Shown here piece after piece: positions 1 to 13,140 of a stretch of DNA of 64,000 nucleotides. Source of the DNA: Trichosphaerium sp. ATCC 40318 (Eukaryota > Protista > Tubulinea); the NCBI GenBank assembly GCA_038496445.1, contig JALMLS010000577.1, positions 868,001 through 932,000 of the forward strand, read 5' to 3'. The notes beneath the pieces were generated by a model. It was not told where the DNA came from. It saw nothing but the letters and a program-made list of their open reading frames with translations, and ran no database searches. Numbering within the stretch: the first letter of the stretch is position 1; every line of letters begins with the position of its first letter. A program made the translations under genes and the position numbers.

Positions 1-657
1 AGTTCCGAATCGTTGGTCAGATTGGGCAAAAAGAAACCTCTCACGGTGTCTTTAATGGGCAGCTATAACCTGGATTTAGATACTCTGAAAGCGTTTGAAG
101 GCGTCCATACTATTTTTTTGGACCGCTGCATGCTTCTGAAAAGCGTCAATTGTCTAGCTGGGGTACATACTATCAGCCTACGGAATTGTAGCAACGTAGA
201 ATACATCAGTGACTTGGTAGGTGTCCATACTATTGATTTGGCATTTTGTGTAAAAATAACCAACAAATCAATAATGGATTTGAAAGGCGTAAAGGTCATA
301 AACTTGACTAATTGCTCAAAGATAACAAACCAAGGAATTAAATCTATCGGGCCTAACATACGCGAAATTAATCTGACAAACTTGCATCACGTTTCAGGTT
401 CAATTTGCAAAGTACTTTATAACGCTGAAATAGTACACTTGCCTGGAAACGCCAAATTCCAAAACCACAACTTAGTACACCTCGAATCCATAAAAAAGAT
501 TCACTTGAGCGGAAGATACATTTCCTCCAACAGTGCCAAGTTCCTACCTAGCGGAACTCGCGTTTCTATAGGTCGTGATTGTAGTGATAAGATGAGGAGC
601 AGCTTTCCCTTTATTGGAGCGGATGACGAGTTCCCATATGGTTTACCATCCAATTAA
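1..657 (+). CDS. 3' part of an LRR protein (F-box/LRR family), 5'-truncated by the window edge
   Basis: Repeated LxGVHTIxLxxC units; closely paralogous to 2449-4443 and 42345-42776; ends in TAA. Confidence 0.85.
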   Translation, partial: SSESLVRLGKKKPLTVSLMGSYNLDLDTLKAFEGVHTIFLDRCMLLKSVNCLAGVHTISLRNCSNVEYISDLVGVHTIDLAFCVKITNKSIMDLKGVKVINLTNCSKITNQGIKSIGPNIREINLTNLHHVSGSICKVLYNAEIVHLPGNAKFQNHNLVHLESIKKIHLSGRYISSNSAKFLPSGTRVSIGRDCSDKMRSSFPFIGADDEFPYGLPSN

Positions 658-1243
658 TTATTGTAAAGAGTTTGTAAACAAAACAGTAAACGATTTTATT
701 CTTATTTAACGTCTTCTCTGTAATTATCAAGTTCTGAGAGTGAAAAATAAGGATTTTTTCAAAGAAGATTTTGTTGGGAAAATACCTCGGCCAGTCTTTA
801 TTTCTACAATTAATTTCTTGTACAGGTTCTTGTGGGAGCTTTTTAGAAAACAAAAGTTCTATTTAGGATCTGAACCTACAGCACTTTTCTGAGACTCGCT
901 CGTGTGGGGTGTTCTAGACAACATTTAATCTACAGAGAGTTATTGTATTACCCAACTAAAAACCTTGGAACAACTTTATTGTGCAGAATAGTTTTGGCTT
1001 ATGTAGAAAGCATAGATCAACATCAAGTGCTGTACAAATATCTCTCTCAACCGTCTCCAAAACTTTGTAATAAGTCACCATCTGTTTTGTGGGTTGTTGC
1101 AATCAGCTACAGTAGCATGTTTTATTAAAAACTAACCAATCAGCGGCATGTTTTCAACAAAAAAAAAAAAGAACAAAAGTTCCAAAAAGCTTGTCCTGTG
1201 CATGCGCCGTTACGTAAGTTTCTAATCGAGATTTTACAACCTA

Positions 1244-1650
1244 GAAGTCAGGCATTTATTTCCGTGACCTATCTCCAAGTACAATTTCTTGTAGGAGCCC
1301 GCTTCACGGGTGGTTTGCCGTAAAGCAAACATTTTCATTGACTAGCCTCATGGGCCAAACTAAAGTATCAAAGTCAGAGATACAATGGCTGCTACATGCA
1401 CAATAATGGATGTCTTTCTGGTGTACTTTACGAAGTTTACAACAACATTTTATATAGCCAAAAAAATTATAAAAAAAAAAAGCATCAGCGTTTGCGTTGA
1501 AAAGGAACGGAATTGAGTCATTTGCAAAAGGTACAAAACAAATATCAGGCCGTGTTGGACGTTGTAGCATACGAAATTGCAAGCTATTACTACAAAAAAT
1601 ATAATCTTGAGGGTGGCAATAGCGATGTTCAGACTACCACAGCTGTTCAA
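1244..1650 (+). pseudogene. Degenerate F-box/LRR relic (QAFI-leader family)
   Basis: CAG GCA TTT ATT (QAFI), then EPASRVVCRKANIFID*P; same motif order as the copies at 42-46.7 kb and 58-59.5 kb; stops and frameshifts. Confidence 0.6.
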
Positions 1651-3087
1651 GAGTTCATATGTACTTTAGTTTTGTAGTTTTGTTAGAGCAATCTTTGGAT
1701 TTCACGTCAGAACCCTTCCAATCATTTTATTGGTCACCAACAAAATAAAACAAAACCGACACTGGTCTTTTTTTGGAATAGACCATACCGTCTTATCGTT
1801 AACAAAAACTCCACCTAGAATATGAAAACTGCACTTTCTGAGACGCCCGTGTAGGGGCGTAACCAACGCTAATCAACAGATTTTTAATATTTAACAATTT
1901 CACTGTTAATTATTTGTGAATAACGTTTCGAAAAACTTTGTTTGGGTTATCTTCAAGCTCATTTCGAGTACTCAACCAAACACCTCCTTCAACCTCATAG
2001 TTTGATGCATAGTACAACTTTATAGAATTACAGAAATCTACGTATCAAACAAACCGATTTTGGTGAAGTTTATTTTTGTTCTTTTGTCTCCAACATGCTT
2101 CCTCATGTTTGTGAAACTAGAAAGAGGCTAATGTTAATAGCTATGGGTCAAGAAATTGTAATTGCTGTAATACACACAATGTTTAATGGACCTCAAGCAA
2201 ACACTCGTTAGGTAAGCGCGTTGGGATACGGCATGAAACCTAATACAGAAAGTCAGAAAACCTTTGAGAAGAATCGTTTTGCTCTCTTTTTCAAGATAAG
2301 TATTTTGCACATCGCATACAAGAGGACGTTCCCAAATAACTTCTATAAGTAGTTTAGCCGAAGTAAATATGCAACATTTCATACCACAACAGTTGCACCT
2401 CCTAAAAATAAACACAACGATACCAACAACGGTTCAATTCCAGAAACCATGGAGCCTGAACAACAGCCATTAAAGCGTCTCCAAATAAATGAGGTACTAT
2501 AAAACAGGTACAAAGAAGCCTAACTGGTTTTGTAGACCTCAGAAACAAATATCCAATCTTTTCCGAAAGAGCTAAAGTTTACTATTTTCAATTTTATTCA
2601 AAAGTATCCAAGAGGAATAGTTCCTCTCATTTGCAAAGAATGGCGGGATCTATTCTGGAAGCGTTTTGGTTGAAGGTCACCAACAACAGCATCAACCGAG
2701 CTACAATGCCTGCGTTCTTAAAGAACACTCTTTTGAAGTTTTGCTCTTCTCTTAAAGAAGAAAACTGGATGCGGTTGGTTACCGCTAGACATATTAATCT
2801 CTCCAATGCTAGCACATACTGCATAAAAGAGTTTGTAAATGCTCTCGAAAGTGTACACACAGTCGAGTTGAACTACCGAAAAACACCGCTTGAAGTGCTG
2901 CATACGTTGGGCTCAAAACGCCCGCACACTGTGTCTTTAATGCTGGACCGCTGCAACTTTTTGACAAACGTCAATTGTCTAGCAGGTGTCCATACTATCA
3001 GCCTACGGCATTGTAGAGATCTACAACACATTGCTGAACTTGAAGGCGTCCATACTATTGATCTATCATACTGTAAAAAGATAACTG

Positions 3088-3914
3088 GAGAATTTTTCGC
3101 TAAGCAGTTGAATGTGCTATGGTGTAAGCACTATATGCTTTGAATCTACACAGAAAGTATGAGAGCTTAATATAAACCTGTAGCCGTGTAAAAAAATAAA
3201 TACGTTTTACTGTTTTTATGGTATGACGTTATTGTAAGATGTGAAAATCTTCTCGCTAGGTCTTTATTGTTCATCATTTATACCTTGAAAGTGTATAAAG
3301 AGTACTATTGCATCGAACCTGAGTGTGCACACTAAAATGATAGTTGTGGCTCCGCTAAAAACGTCAAGTTCCGGCTTATTGATCTTGATTAGCGATATAA
3401 AACCGAGTTAAACGCTTTTCATTTGTTGTAGGGCACTTTTTCTAAAAATGTTTACAGTGTTTTTCCTCTTTCTAACTTATGCAACATCCCAAACAGCCAA
3501 AAATGACACATACATACTGCACACGCATGTTGAATACAATACATCATTTTTGGCTGTTTGGGATGTTGCATAAGATAGTGAACAAAATTGTTTTATAAAC
3601 GGCGTTGTTTGTGACCTCACCTCAGGGATAAGTAGTACATCACTGTTTAAGCGGATTTGGCCTATTCATTCGACGGAAAAAGGTGTTGATGCTCTTAAAT
3701 AAGGAATTAAAAGTTCCTTTTTTGCTGAAAAGATCACGGCACATATTTTCTATGATAATTGTGTATAATGTACTTTTTGTGCATATCTGTTTCAATCTTC
3801 CTGTTGAAATGCAAACCTTAAACTATCATATACAGCAGTTTCAGGCGAGTAGCTGACTGCTGTGTTACTGACACATTTTTTACTTTTTCATCAACTGCTT
3901 AGAGAAAAATTCTC
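3088..3914. mobile_element. Non-autonomous TIR DNA element, 24-bp TIRs, TG target duplication
   Basis: Left end GAGAATTTTTCGCTAAGCAGTTGA; right end TCAACTGCTTAGAGAAAAATTCTC (1 mismatch); flanked by TG...TG; no transposase ORF. Confidence 0.9.
3476..3574. repeat. Perfect 31-bp inverted repeat with 37-nt spacer
   Basis: CTTATGCAACATCCCAAACAGCCAAAAATGA (3476-3506) and its exact reverse complement (3544-3574). Confidence 0.95.
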
Positions 3915-5592
3915 TGACGATTGCATTATGCCATTGAATGGAGTTAAGGTCATTAACTTGAGTAATTTACCGAGAATAACAAGCGCAGGAATTCGTGCTA
4001 TCGGTTCTCATATACTCAATATTAACATGACAAACTGTAAAAGAATTTCGGGCAAAGTATTTAAAACCCTCAGTAACGCTGAAATAGTGTACCTTCCTGG
4101 AAATTCAAAAGTGTTTGACAGCCACTTGCAATTCCTGACATCTATAAAAAAGATTCACCTGAGCGGAATAAAAATTACCTCCGACTGTGCCAAGTTTCTA
4201 CCTTATGCTACTCGTGTTTCTCTGGACAACAAATTCAAGAAGAAGATAAAGAAAAGCTTTCCCTTTCACAACCAAGATGATGAGTTTCCACAAGGTTCAT
4301 ACAACCTAAGCCTGCCGGAAAACTACGTTCTCCCAGATTTTGTGTACGATAAAAATAGTGTAGAAACTTACGAGGCACAGAGAGTGAAATACGCACGTTT
4401 CCACCAAACAGCTGCAGCGAATATTTGCAACTCCAAACAATAAACTATTATACAGTTCTTCTTTTGTTCATTAAGACCTTCACTACCAACTATGTATTGT
4501 CGCATCTCAATGATATTGTATGCGAACTATGCCGGTTACAATGAAGTACAGAAGCCGAGTGAGCCTTTGTGAAACTAGATGCATTCTACTAGCTGCACGA
4601 GTAAAAGTATGTATTTGGTTGCTTATGTTGTCATATTTCAGGTAAAGTAGATAGGTATTAAAGGTATGATTTGTCATAAAGAACTTATTGGCTACTTTAA
4701 ATTGTCTTGTAAGTTTTTGTACTCCTTTAGAGTACAGTTATATCGGCCCTTTATACTTTGCTTTTCCCTCAAGAGCCAAGAGATGCTCTTGTTATTACAT
4801 TGTAACATGTATACTAGCAAGGAGGTTTAAACCTTTGTGACAGTATTCGTTCCTATCAAACATATTGTTAAAAAGCTGGAAAGCTTCATTAGGAAAAGTT
4901 GGTGCTACGAAGAACCACCGACAATACAAACAATTCCACCAGAGCTCCAAGTAGCCATTTTTGTTACCTATGTATGATTTTGAGGCCATGTACTTACCTT
5001 TAGTATTGCCACCAGACCAGCAAAGAACTTTGGTACATCGTTAATGTCTCTACCCTCTTTCTTATTCTTTTGTAACTCAGTATGAGTCTTCCGTAATTCT
5101 TGTTTGTTCTTGCATAATTCTTGGGTGTGTTGTTGCACCTTATCATTCACAGTCTCCATTTGTTTTAAAAGTAGTTGTAGATCAATCGATTCGTTTGCCA
5201 ATTGATCATTATGCCTGAGGCATTTTTGTTTTGGAGACTCATTCTCAGGGTCTAAACGATTTGAATAAGCAAAACGTTTTTCGTAAAGCTAGTTACTAGA
5301 ATTTGAACATAAAAAAAATTTGAAAAAAGTTGAAATCGCTTGAGGTTTCAAGTGCGAAGTTGTAAATAACAGTACGTACGTGTATAAGCGTCAACCAAAG
5401 CTTTTTATTCATTTTATACGCTTGGTGAATACGCATAGTCTTTGCCATCTGCTTCAGGACCTTCTATGTAGGTAGGTACATGCTCTAGCACCGGTAGTTC
5501 ATAAACTCGCAATACTCGGTTATCGCCCCAAACATGAAGGTGCATTTGTGGTGAAACACTGAAGTTCCTTGCCTGACGGCTATACCGAAATC

Positions 5593-5704
5593 TATTATAT
5601 GAGCCCTTCTGTTACGGAACATAATATTGGTATGTGTTATATCCCTGTATTATATGGGCCTTTCCGTTTCGTACCATAATGTTGGTGTGCGTTATATCCC
5701 TTGT
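5593..5704. repeat. Two diverged tandem copies of a ~55-bp unit
   Basis: TATTATATG(A/G)GCC...CATAAT(A/G)TTGGT(A/G)TG(T/C)GTTATATCCCT twice. Confidence 0.8.
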
Positions 5705-5929
5705 ATAAAGCGTGAGTAAAGTAAAGGACCAAAAAAAAAAACTGTAAAGCATGAGGTGACAAAAGAGTCAAAGACTAAAGGTACCTGTGGACGAATCCAA
5801 CTTAAGAAACTGCTCAATGAGCTCTGTAAATTGAACCATTGAAGGGTATTCACCAATATTTTTTATGCGATTGCATGGAGGTGAGGTAATAATGTATGGT
5901 GCATCGTCATTATGAGTTGTGCTCTTAAT

Positions 5930-8680
5930 TTACTTCTTGGTAATTTTTTCTGAATTCTCCCACTGAGTTTTTTCTGCCGTTTTCTTGGACCACTTGACCG
6001 ATGTGTCAATGTCTTTTATGTGTAGATCTCGCTTTAGACCACGCTTTACTATATCGGCGTTTGTTTTTTTACGCGTTATATTGTATATAGCGTCTATAAG
6101 CGGCCCTTTGTTTAGTTTGTAGTACTTATGTATACACAGACTACTTGCTATCACCTTAAGACGTTTAGCGACCAGTTTGACGAATTGTTGATCAGCATCT
6201 TTGCGTAGGAAGTTAATGAAGTTTTGGGTATAACCTAAACACCAACGTTAGACCAAAGAACGGAAAAACGTAAACGCAAAGAAGATCTTAAGTCTTAAGT
6301 TTTTTGAAAAGACAAGTACGGTTGAGAGCCATGATGAAGTAAAGAGGTGTAGTTGAGGAGGTGAGGTGTTGGTTGTTGTAGAGCTGATGAATGGTACCTC
6401 TCCATTATTTCCACGAATTGAACCATAGACGGACAGTCGTTTATGCAATTCCGTATGCGATCACATAAAGGCGACGTAATGATGTAGTGATCGCCTTCTT
6501 CGATCCCAGCTGTATGCTAAATAAAAAAGTGAGAAAAGGTTGTAAAAATTCGATAAAAGAAAGCAAGTAAGAGTCTTATAGAGGCTCTACGTACGTATAC
6601 TGGTACACCAGGTATTTCAAGACGCAGTAGGTCCTTCAATACCTTGACCTTAGAAGCCATTATGTGTTTGTTGCCTTCTTTGAATATTTTGACAACAAAA
6701 CGTTGAGCTCGAATACTTTGGCGGTACCGCCGCTCCCAAGTTGCTTCCTGGTGTGCACGGTATCTCATTGATTTTAAACGTTGGGAAAGACCACCCAAGA
6801 TGTTTGGGTGTACAGCTCAAGTACTTGTTGAATAGAAGGGTACCCTTTGATTTAGGCTTCACAATTGAGAACTCGCGAGAATGAAAACGTGAAAGACTTA
6901 GGGCATCTTGCCCATGCCACTCCGTCCAAGTGAACATTATCTCCGCCCTGGTTGCCAAGATACCAGTGGTATGAATTGGCACCACTTGCTGTATTGTTTA
7001 TATCGCTTGGTTCATCATGAACAAAGGCATTGCTTCTGAAGTATGCTACAAAAAAGCCAAAAATTAGATTTGCAAACAAGATATTAGTCGTAGAAACATC
7101 CTTACAATATACAAGTAGTATAAAGAAAAAACGGAATAAAGTGACACATTTGCTTCACTGAAAAATTTTGACACATTGCACATGTCAAATAAAAAACAGT
7201 TGACATTCAGAAACAGGTACGTACGTATAGCGTTGAGTATTATCTCAATTAGTTCTGGCTTTGTTGGCCTCTTTGGCTTCAACTGGCCATGCTTGTTTTT
7301 TACCATTTCGATTTGATAACCAGCTCTAATTGTCTCGCGATTGCTTCTAACTGAGGCTTTCGCCGTTTGTTTAGCTCCGCTTTTGTGTAATTAGGAACTT
7401 TAGAGCCTGTGAATGTAGAAATTTAACTGTTGTGACATGTTGTAGCAGAGTTGTTACGAAAGTTAGCTGTCTTTTTCTCTACTTGTGAAATCCGCTGAAA
7501 AAAGATGAGTACAAAAACGACAATAATCAGCCAACAAACTCAAGGCTAAAGATTGTGAAATAGAAGGCTTGAAGCATACAATCACCAGAAAGATTGAAAC
7601 TAAGAAACGAAAAAGAGGTGAGGACGAAGAATAAGCTTTTTAAATAGGTATTTTCCGCCCGCGCCATCGATGTTGTAAGGCCCAGACGTGAAGTAGCTTG
7701 GGTTTTTTAGCTCCTCACGTGTAGCTATTGAAATTAAACATACCTTTGTCAGAATGGCGTATGCCTCTGTGCGTGTTTTTTGGGAATAAAGGAGCTTGTG
7801 GAGGTAATACCATGTTTGCCCCTTCTTTGCAGTTGTAAATTCCGCTAAGAAAACATTAGTCAATGAAAGAGAAAAAAGAAAAAAAAAAAAAAAGAGAAAG
7901 CGTGCCAGTTCCCTTTTTTAGTTCCCACATTATGGCGATTTGATGGATCTTGCCTTGTCGTTCTCGCCTATTTTTATAGATTTGGGTACGACGGCAAGGT
8001 CAGGTTTTGATATTTTGTGTTGAGGCATTTCCCCAACTACGTTTTGTACATGTGTGTCATGGACAAGCATGTGGCGCAGGAGGTCTGGATGGACCTTGAA
8101 ATACTTTCCAATGAAAAAATTAAACATGGTCTCCTTCTTACAATCCCGTTTACGAGCACCGTTTTCGTAAAGAAAATCATCAGGGATAGATGATATTTTC
8201 GAGAACGTCATAGAAGAAAGCTACGAGAATAGCCGGGGCATCTATGTGTACGCCAAGACAGTGGTAGTCTACAGGAAAAAAAGTTAGTGAATAGAAAATT
8301 CTTCGAAAAAAAAAGTGGTACCTTTTTCGATAATTTCATCTAGCGTCTTACTCTTATCGAACTGAAGGCGATTAGAAGCGCCATTTGAAGGAAGGCGCAA
8401 TTAGTAACCGCCAAACCAACTTTAAGGCGTTTAGTACTTGCTGTTAATGTTGTAACTTGAGCGTTAGTTTCTTTCAGCTTTGTGTTAGTTTCGTTAAGTT
8501 TGGCTTCATGTTCAGCTTTGGTCTTGTCATGCTCGGCTTTTTGAGCAGCCAGTTTAGCATTGAACTGAGCAGCAAAGGCGCCCATTTGAACCATGATGTC
8601 TGCTTGCCTAGCAGCTTCTCGATCAGCTTCAACCTTACGAGAGGCCTCAGCTTTGCGAGCAACCTCAGCATCGCTCAACC
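5930..8680 (-). pseudogene. Decayed multi-exon Crinkler-like gene: coiled coil + PD-(D/E)xK-like nuclease + protein kinase N-lobe
   Basis: KPDLAVV...AEF...GQTWYYLHKLLYSQKTRTEAYAILT; KQLGSGGTAKVF frameshifted into FVVKIFKEG...IPGVP; YIITSPLC; no HRD/DFG found; boundaries approximate. Confidence 0.55.
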
Positions 8681-8730
8681 TGCCTGGCTTTGGACTTTGC
8701 GTTACGCTTACGCTTTTTGATACGGAATAG

Positions 8731-9046
8731 GGCGTTGTTAACTTCTTCGCGTTGATAACTGGCCCGCTCCAGCATCAACTGATCTCCTTCGTTGTCTAAA
8801 ATGCGTTAGAACAAAAGTCGAAGTTGACAGTAGGTTGAATAGTTAAAAAGAAAGCGAAAAGTTTAGAGCTTTTAAACTGTTAGCAACGTACGCATAGTTG
8901 TGTAAATGGCTTCAACTAGAGCGCTCTTTCGTTATTTGGAGTAGAGCGTCATCTCCCAAGCCTTTGATCTGCAACACGGCATTGTTAACCTCTTCGCGTT
9001 GATAACTGCCCGCTCCAGCACCAACTGATCGCCTTCATTGTCTAAA
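8731..9046. repeat. ~70-bp direct repeat (8731-8800 and 8978-9046), possibly a duplicated exon
   Basis: TTGTTAAC(T/C)TCTTCGCGTTGATAACTG...CCGCTCCAGCA(T/C)CAACTGATC...TTGTCTAAA twice. Confidence 0.85.
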
Positions 9047-9946
9047 GTAAGTTAGAATAATAGTAGAATTTGACAGCAAGAACGTTTAAAATTTTTTTGA
9101 TCAATCAAGTTTTTACCTTTGCAATACTGTTCTCCGAGCAAACACTCCATAATGCCATAGAAATATTGGTACCTTATTGCATTATAGCATCCTCCTTCTC
9201 CAAGCACGTTTGCTACAAGAAAAAGGTTAGATTGATTACCTTTTTTTTTTCAAAAAACTTGATTACAAATTATTACCATCACAAAGGCTTTCCAGCCCAA
9301 CAAATGAAGAGGACGCGAAGAAAACTGTATAGATCGCCATTGTAGCATCCGCCAGTGTATTTTTCAGCTTTGAAAAGAGTTAGCAGTCAATCATCGAAAT
9401 ATTCACAAAAAGTTTAACGTACGCAAACAGGGCCGTTGAAACTTTCCGCATTGTATCCTTGCTATCCCACTAACAAAGAATACAACTTGAAAGATAGCCA
9501 GAGAGTAATGAGAGTTGTTGTTATCGCCTATTAGCTACTAAATTTATGATTTTTTTGGCCCAGTTTTCATTTTGTCATGTAGATTCAACATTATTTCGCA
9601 AATTTTAAGCTTGTAAGGCTGTCTATCTCCAAATAATAATCTATAATTCACAATCTATGCTTTTATAAGGCTCACCATTGTAAGTATATCATGTAGAAAC
9701 GTCGCAACTGAGAACGGCACAAAACACATGATTGAAAAGTGGAAATAAGAATCGTACCTACACCTGGTTGCTCTCTGACCATGCTTTCGTTGCCAATATA
9801 TAGTGTTTTCATAGCTATAATGCGTACCTGAGTAGTTAAACGTGAGTTTATTATTCGCCTAGGTTGCGAGATCGCAAAACCAAGAGCGACGTGTAACATT
9901 TACAATTTTTGTGTTTTCATCTACTAGAGGTCTACTATTTTAACAA

Positions 9947-11909
9947 TCAATAATTGCTGACAAGCGATTTTTCATATTTCTCTAGTTGCTCCATAAAACC
10001 TATATTTGGTTCTACTACAGATATTGTTAACTGTTTTGTTCATGAGACGAAGAAAAAGTAAATTTTTGTGAAAAGTTACCAAAAAAGGAAAATCGTACTT
10101 ATAGATCTACGCTCGCGCAAAAATACAATAGCATCCTTCAATTGTTTTTTATGCATCTTCATTAACCACGCTATAACAAGAGTTGCACTTCTTGACACAC
10201 CAGCTTGACTAAAACAATTCGTGAATAAGGTGATCCAGCTTTAAAAAAAAAAGTACCAGTGAACAAGGACTTTTCCATTCTTTCTTGCTTCTTCAATAAA
10301 CGCTATACTATCATCAAAATATGTTAAAATCTCTTGATCTTCAGTATCTTGTATATCAAGTATTTTATAAGTAAAGTCCTAAGCTACTTAGACTAATAAC
10401 AGTATCATCTAAAGCAAGAATACATTTTCAAAATAAATCCTATCGGTCTTGAACGCAGCGTTAAGAACATGAGTAATGCCAAGATGAGCCAACCCTCTTC
10501 TATTTCCAGCACCACCAAATCCGCTAATAAATACTTTCTAATCACGTGCGTCAAAACGGCGTTAAAGTTATAAAAAAATTAAATTGTGTCAAAAAAGATG
10601 TAAGTACCGTACCTCAGTTACTTGGTTTGGAATTGTTGAATGAAAAGACAGAAAGTGCTTGTGATTGACGATAGACTCCGGCAATTCAAAAAAGAAGTTA
10701 TGGCTACAGTGAAATCTGTGCAACCTGTCAAGTATTTCTTTGTTGAAAACCGGAGGGTAAGTCTTCAATAGGTTTTCTGCAATATTAATTTTACGCAATG
10801 AGTGCTCTGTCAGTTGCACTACACTCTGTGGAATAGCCTCAAGAAAATTGGTCTGCACATTGAGCATTTCCAAATTCACGAGCGTATGAAGGTGTTCAAG
10901 TCTTCTAATACAATTTCCACTTTGTATAGAGTTAATAAAGAATTATATTTGATGTATTGTACCCCAATTCTAGTGTAACGAGGTTTGAAAGATTTTCTAC
11001 GCAACCGCCAACACCTGATAGGTTGTTTTGACTAAGATCCAGATGCTTTAGATTTAAAGCACCAGCCAAGGCAGGAAATATTGTCAAACTGTTTTTGCTC
11101 ATATTCACAACAGTAAGATTAACCAACGGCTGTGAACGAAAGTTAATAAATTGATGAACCTTCCACTAGTGTAAGCTAACCCTCAACTGAACGCCGTGCG
11201 TTAATTTATTATCTCCAAGTTGTAACCGCTCGAGTCTCGTAAGTCTATCAAAACCATCGAGTGCTACCTCATCGCGATTAGAAACGCATCTCAAGCAATT
11301 AGTTGACTTACAATCAATACCATTACTGCTCAATCTTAGGACTTTTAATGAAGCAGGAAGTCCATCAGCATCTAATAACTCATTGGTGCAAACATCGAGA
11401 TACGTCAAGTGTGATAACCTTTAACAGTATGTCACGTGACTGTAACAATTAGTCCCTTCTTTGAGTTTTTTTCCTTTTTACCTTTGAATGTCTGGCAACC
11501 GTTTTATATCGTTACAGTGAAGGCGCAATTCTCGAAGCTGAACCAATTTCTCGACGCCTGAAAGCGACTGTACATCGCATAGGCCCATGGAAAGGATTTT
11601 AAGACTATAAATCAGTTAATAGTGATCCCAATAGCCCAGTTGTAACGCACGTTGTAAGACTTTGCAATACTGATGGGAAACTAACGAAAGTGTTCAAATT
11701 GAGCTTCAAACTCATAATATTCGTGAAAGCTACGATAGAATGCGGTAATACACCGTTAAATTCGTTTTGCGTGAGGTCTAACTCACCAACACGCTCCTAT
11801 GCATAATTTCGCTTGCGCGGCTTAGTTATATACGTACGGCATTCTCGGTTAATAACAACTTATCAGGCAACTCATTGATGCCTTTATTACGCAAAGACAC
11901 CCTCCGCAT
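9947..11909 (-). CDS. LRR-containing dual-specificity (MAPK) phosphatase, Dictyostelium Mpl-like; multi-exon
   Basis: N-terminal LRR exons; spliced catalytic motif VLVHCQAGVSRSATLVIAWLM; PNIGFMEQL near the TGA. Confidence 0.9.
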
Positions 11910-12128
11910 CACAAAACTTCAGGAAGATACCGTTGACGGTTTGCCTGCGTGTCACAAGAGGTATCAGTCCCAAGAACAAGCGATATACTTGCCTTAAATA
12001 CAAATCAACTCAAAAGACAAAAAATGTGACAGCTCCGCAGTTGTTCATGTTAAAGTAATTTATATGTACACTGTATACAAGAGAAAAACCTACGCAAAGC
12101 GTAGAGGTAGAAGCCACATTAACCACAA

Positions 12129-13140
12129 TTACTCTTCAGGAGTTGCTTCCTCGCCTTCTTCTTCTTCCTTCTCTGCTTCTTCTTCTTCTGCGTCTGTGTC
12201 TTTGTTTGAAGCCCATAATGACAAGTTTTCTCTAAGCAATTGAAGAATTAGAGTTGTCTCTTTATAACTGTCATCTGTGAGTCTGTCCAAGTCGGAAATG
12301 GCGTCATCAAAGGCCTTTTTGGCAAGGGCACAAGCTTCATCCTGATTATTCAAAATCTCGTAGTAAAATACGCTAAAGTTCAAAACAAGGCCAAGTCGGA
12401 TAGGATCAGTTGGTGGCCTGTTACTTGCAGCTACCTTTACAGCTTCCTTGTAAGACTCAAGAGCCCTGTTAGCAGCATCTGTACGCTTATCGCCAGTGCT
12501 GAATTCGGCCATGTAACGAAGGTAGTCGCCCTTCATTTTGAGGTAAAATACTTTTGACTCGCTAGTTGTAGATTTGGCGATGAGCTCTTTGGTTAGAACG
12601 CCTAGAATATCGTTACAAATGTCCGTGAGCTCTGCTTCGATTTTTTCGCGGTATGCGTTTACTTTAGCAATCTTGGTAGCATTTTCATCTCTAGAGCAAA
12701 GGTGAGCGTGTATTACAAAAATAGTTGAAAACTAAAGCAGTTACATACCGCTCAACTTCTTTCACTTGAATTGATGAAACAATACGCCAAGCTGCGCGTC
12801 TTGCGCCTATTACGTTTTTGTATGCAACAGAGAACAAATTTCGCTCCTCAATTGACAGTTCAAAACCACCCAACGCTACTTTTTTAACGGCTTCGACCAT
12901 CTCTGGATAACGTTCCGCCTACATTTTGTTCGTTAAAAGCGTTTGTGAGCCAGTAAGTAACGATCACTTTTGATTTGCTGTTTGTGGTTGTTTTAGGCTC
13001 TAACTACGCGAAAAATCTTCAGGGAGCTCCAACATACAAACAACAAACAAAAAACAAGCGTAAACGTTGATTTGGCTAAAATTTGGCCGTACTTGTTCAG
13101 CTAGCTTTGCAATGTATACGTTTTCTTCCCTTGGATCCAT
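12129..13140 (-). CDS. 14-3-3 protein; multi-exon
   Basis: [65 protein letters not shown]. Confidence 0.98.

Larger units (their letters stand above)
2449..4443 (+). pseudogene. F-box/LRR gene disrupted by a frameshift (~2665) and a TIR element
   Basis: ATG 2449; intron 2494-2535; F-box IQSFPKELKFTIFNFI...LICKEWR; LRRs. Removing 3088-3914 plus one TG restores LSYCKKIT-DDCIMPLNGVKVINL, collinear with the paralogue at 1-657. Confidence 0.88.

Noticed and set aside
895-920. Helitron 3' end (GC-rich hairpin followed by CTAG)
   Set aside because: Weak hairpin, CTAG is followed by A rather than T, and the paralogous block at 1831 lacks CTRR
1244-1400. HEARO/omegaRNA-like resemblance (GTCA...CTTGTAGGAGCCC...TTGACTAGCCT)
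   Set aside because: Short match in only one or two copies; no IscB/TnpB/Fanzor ORF seen in the window
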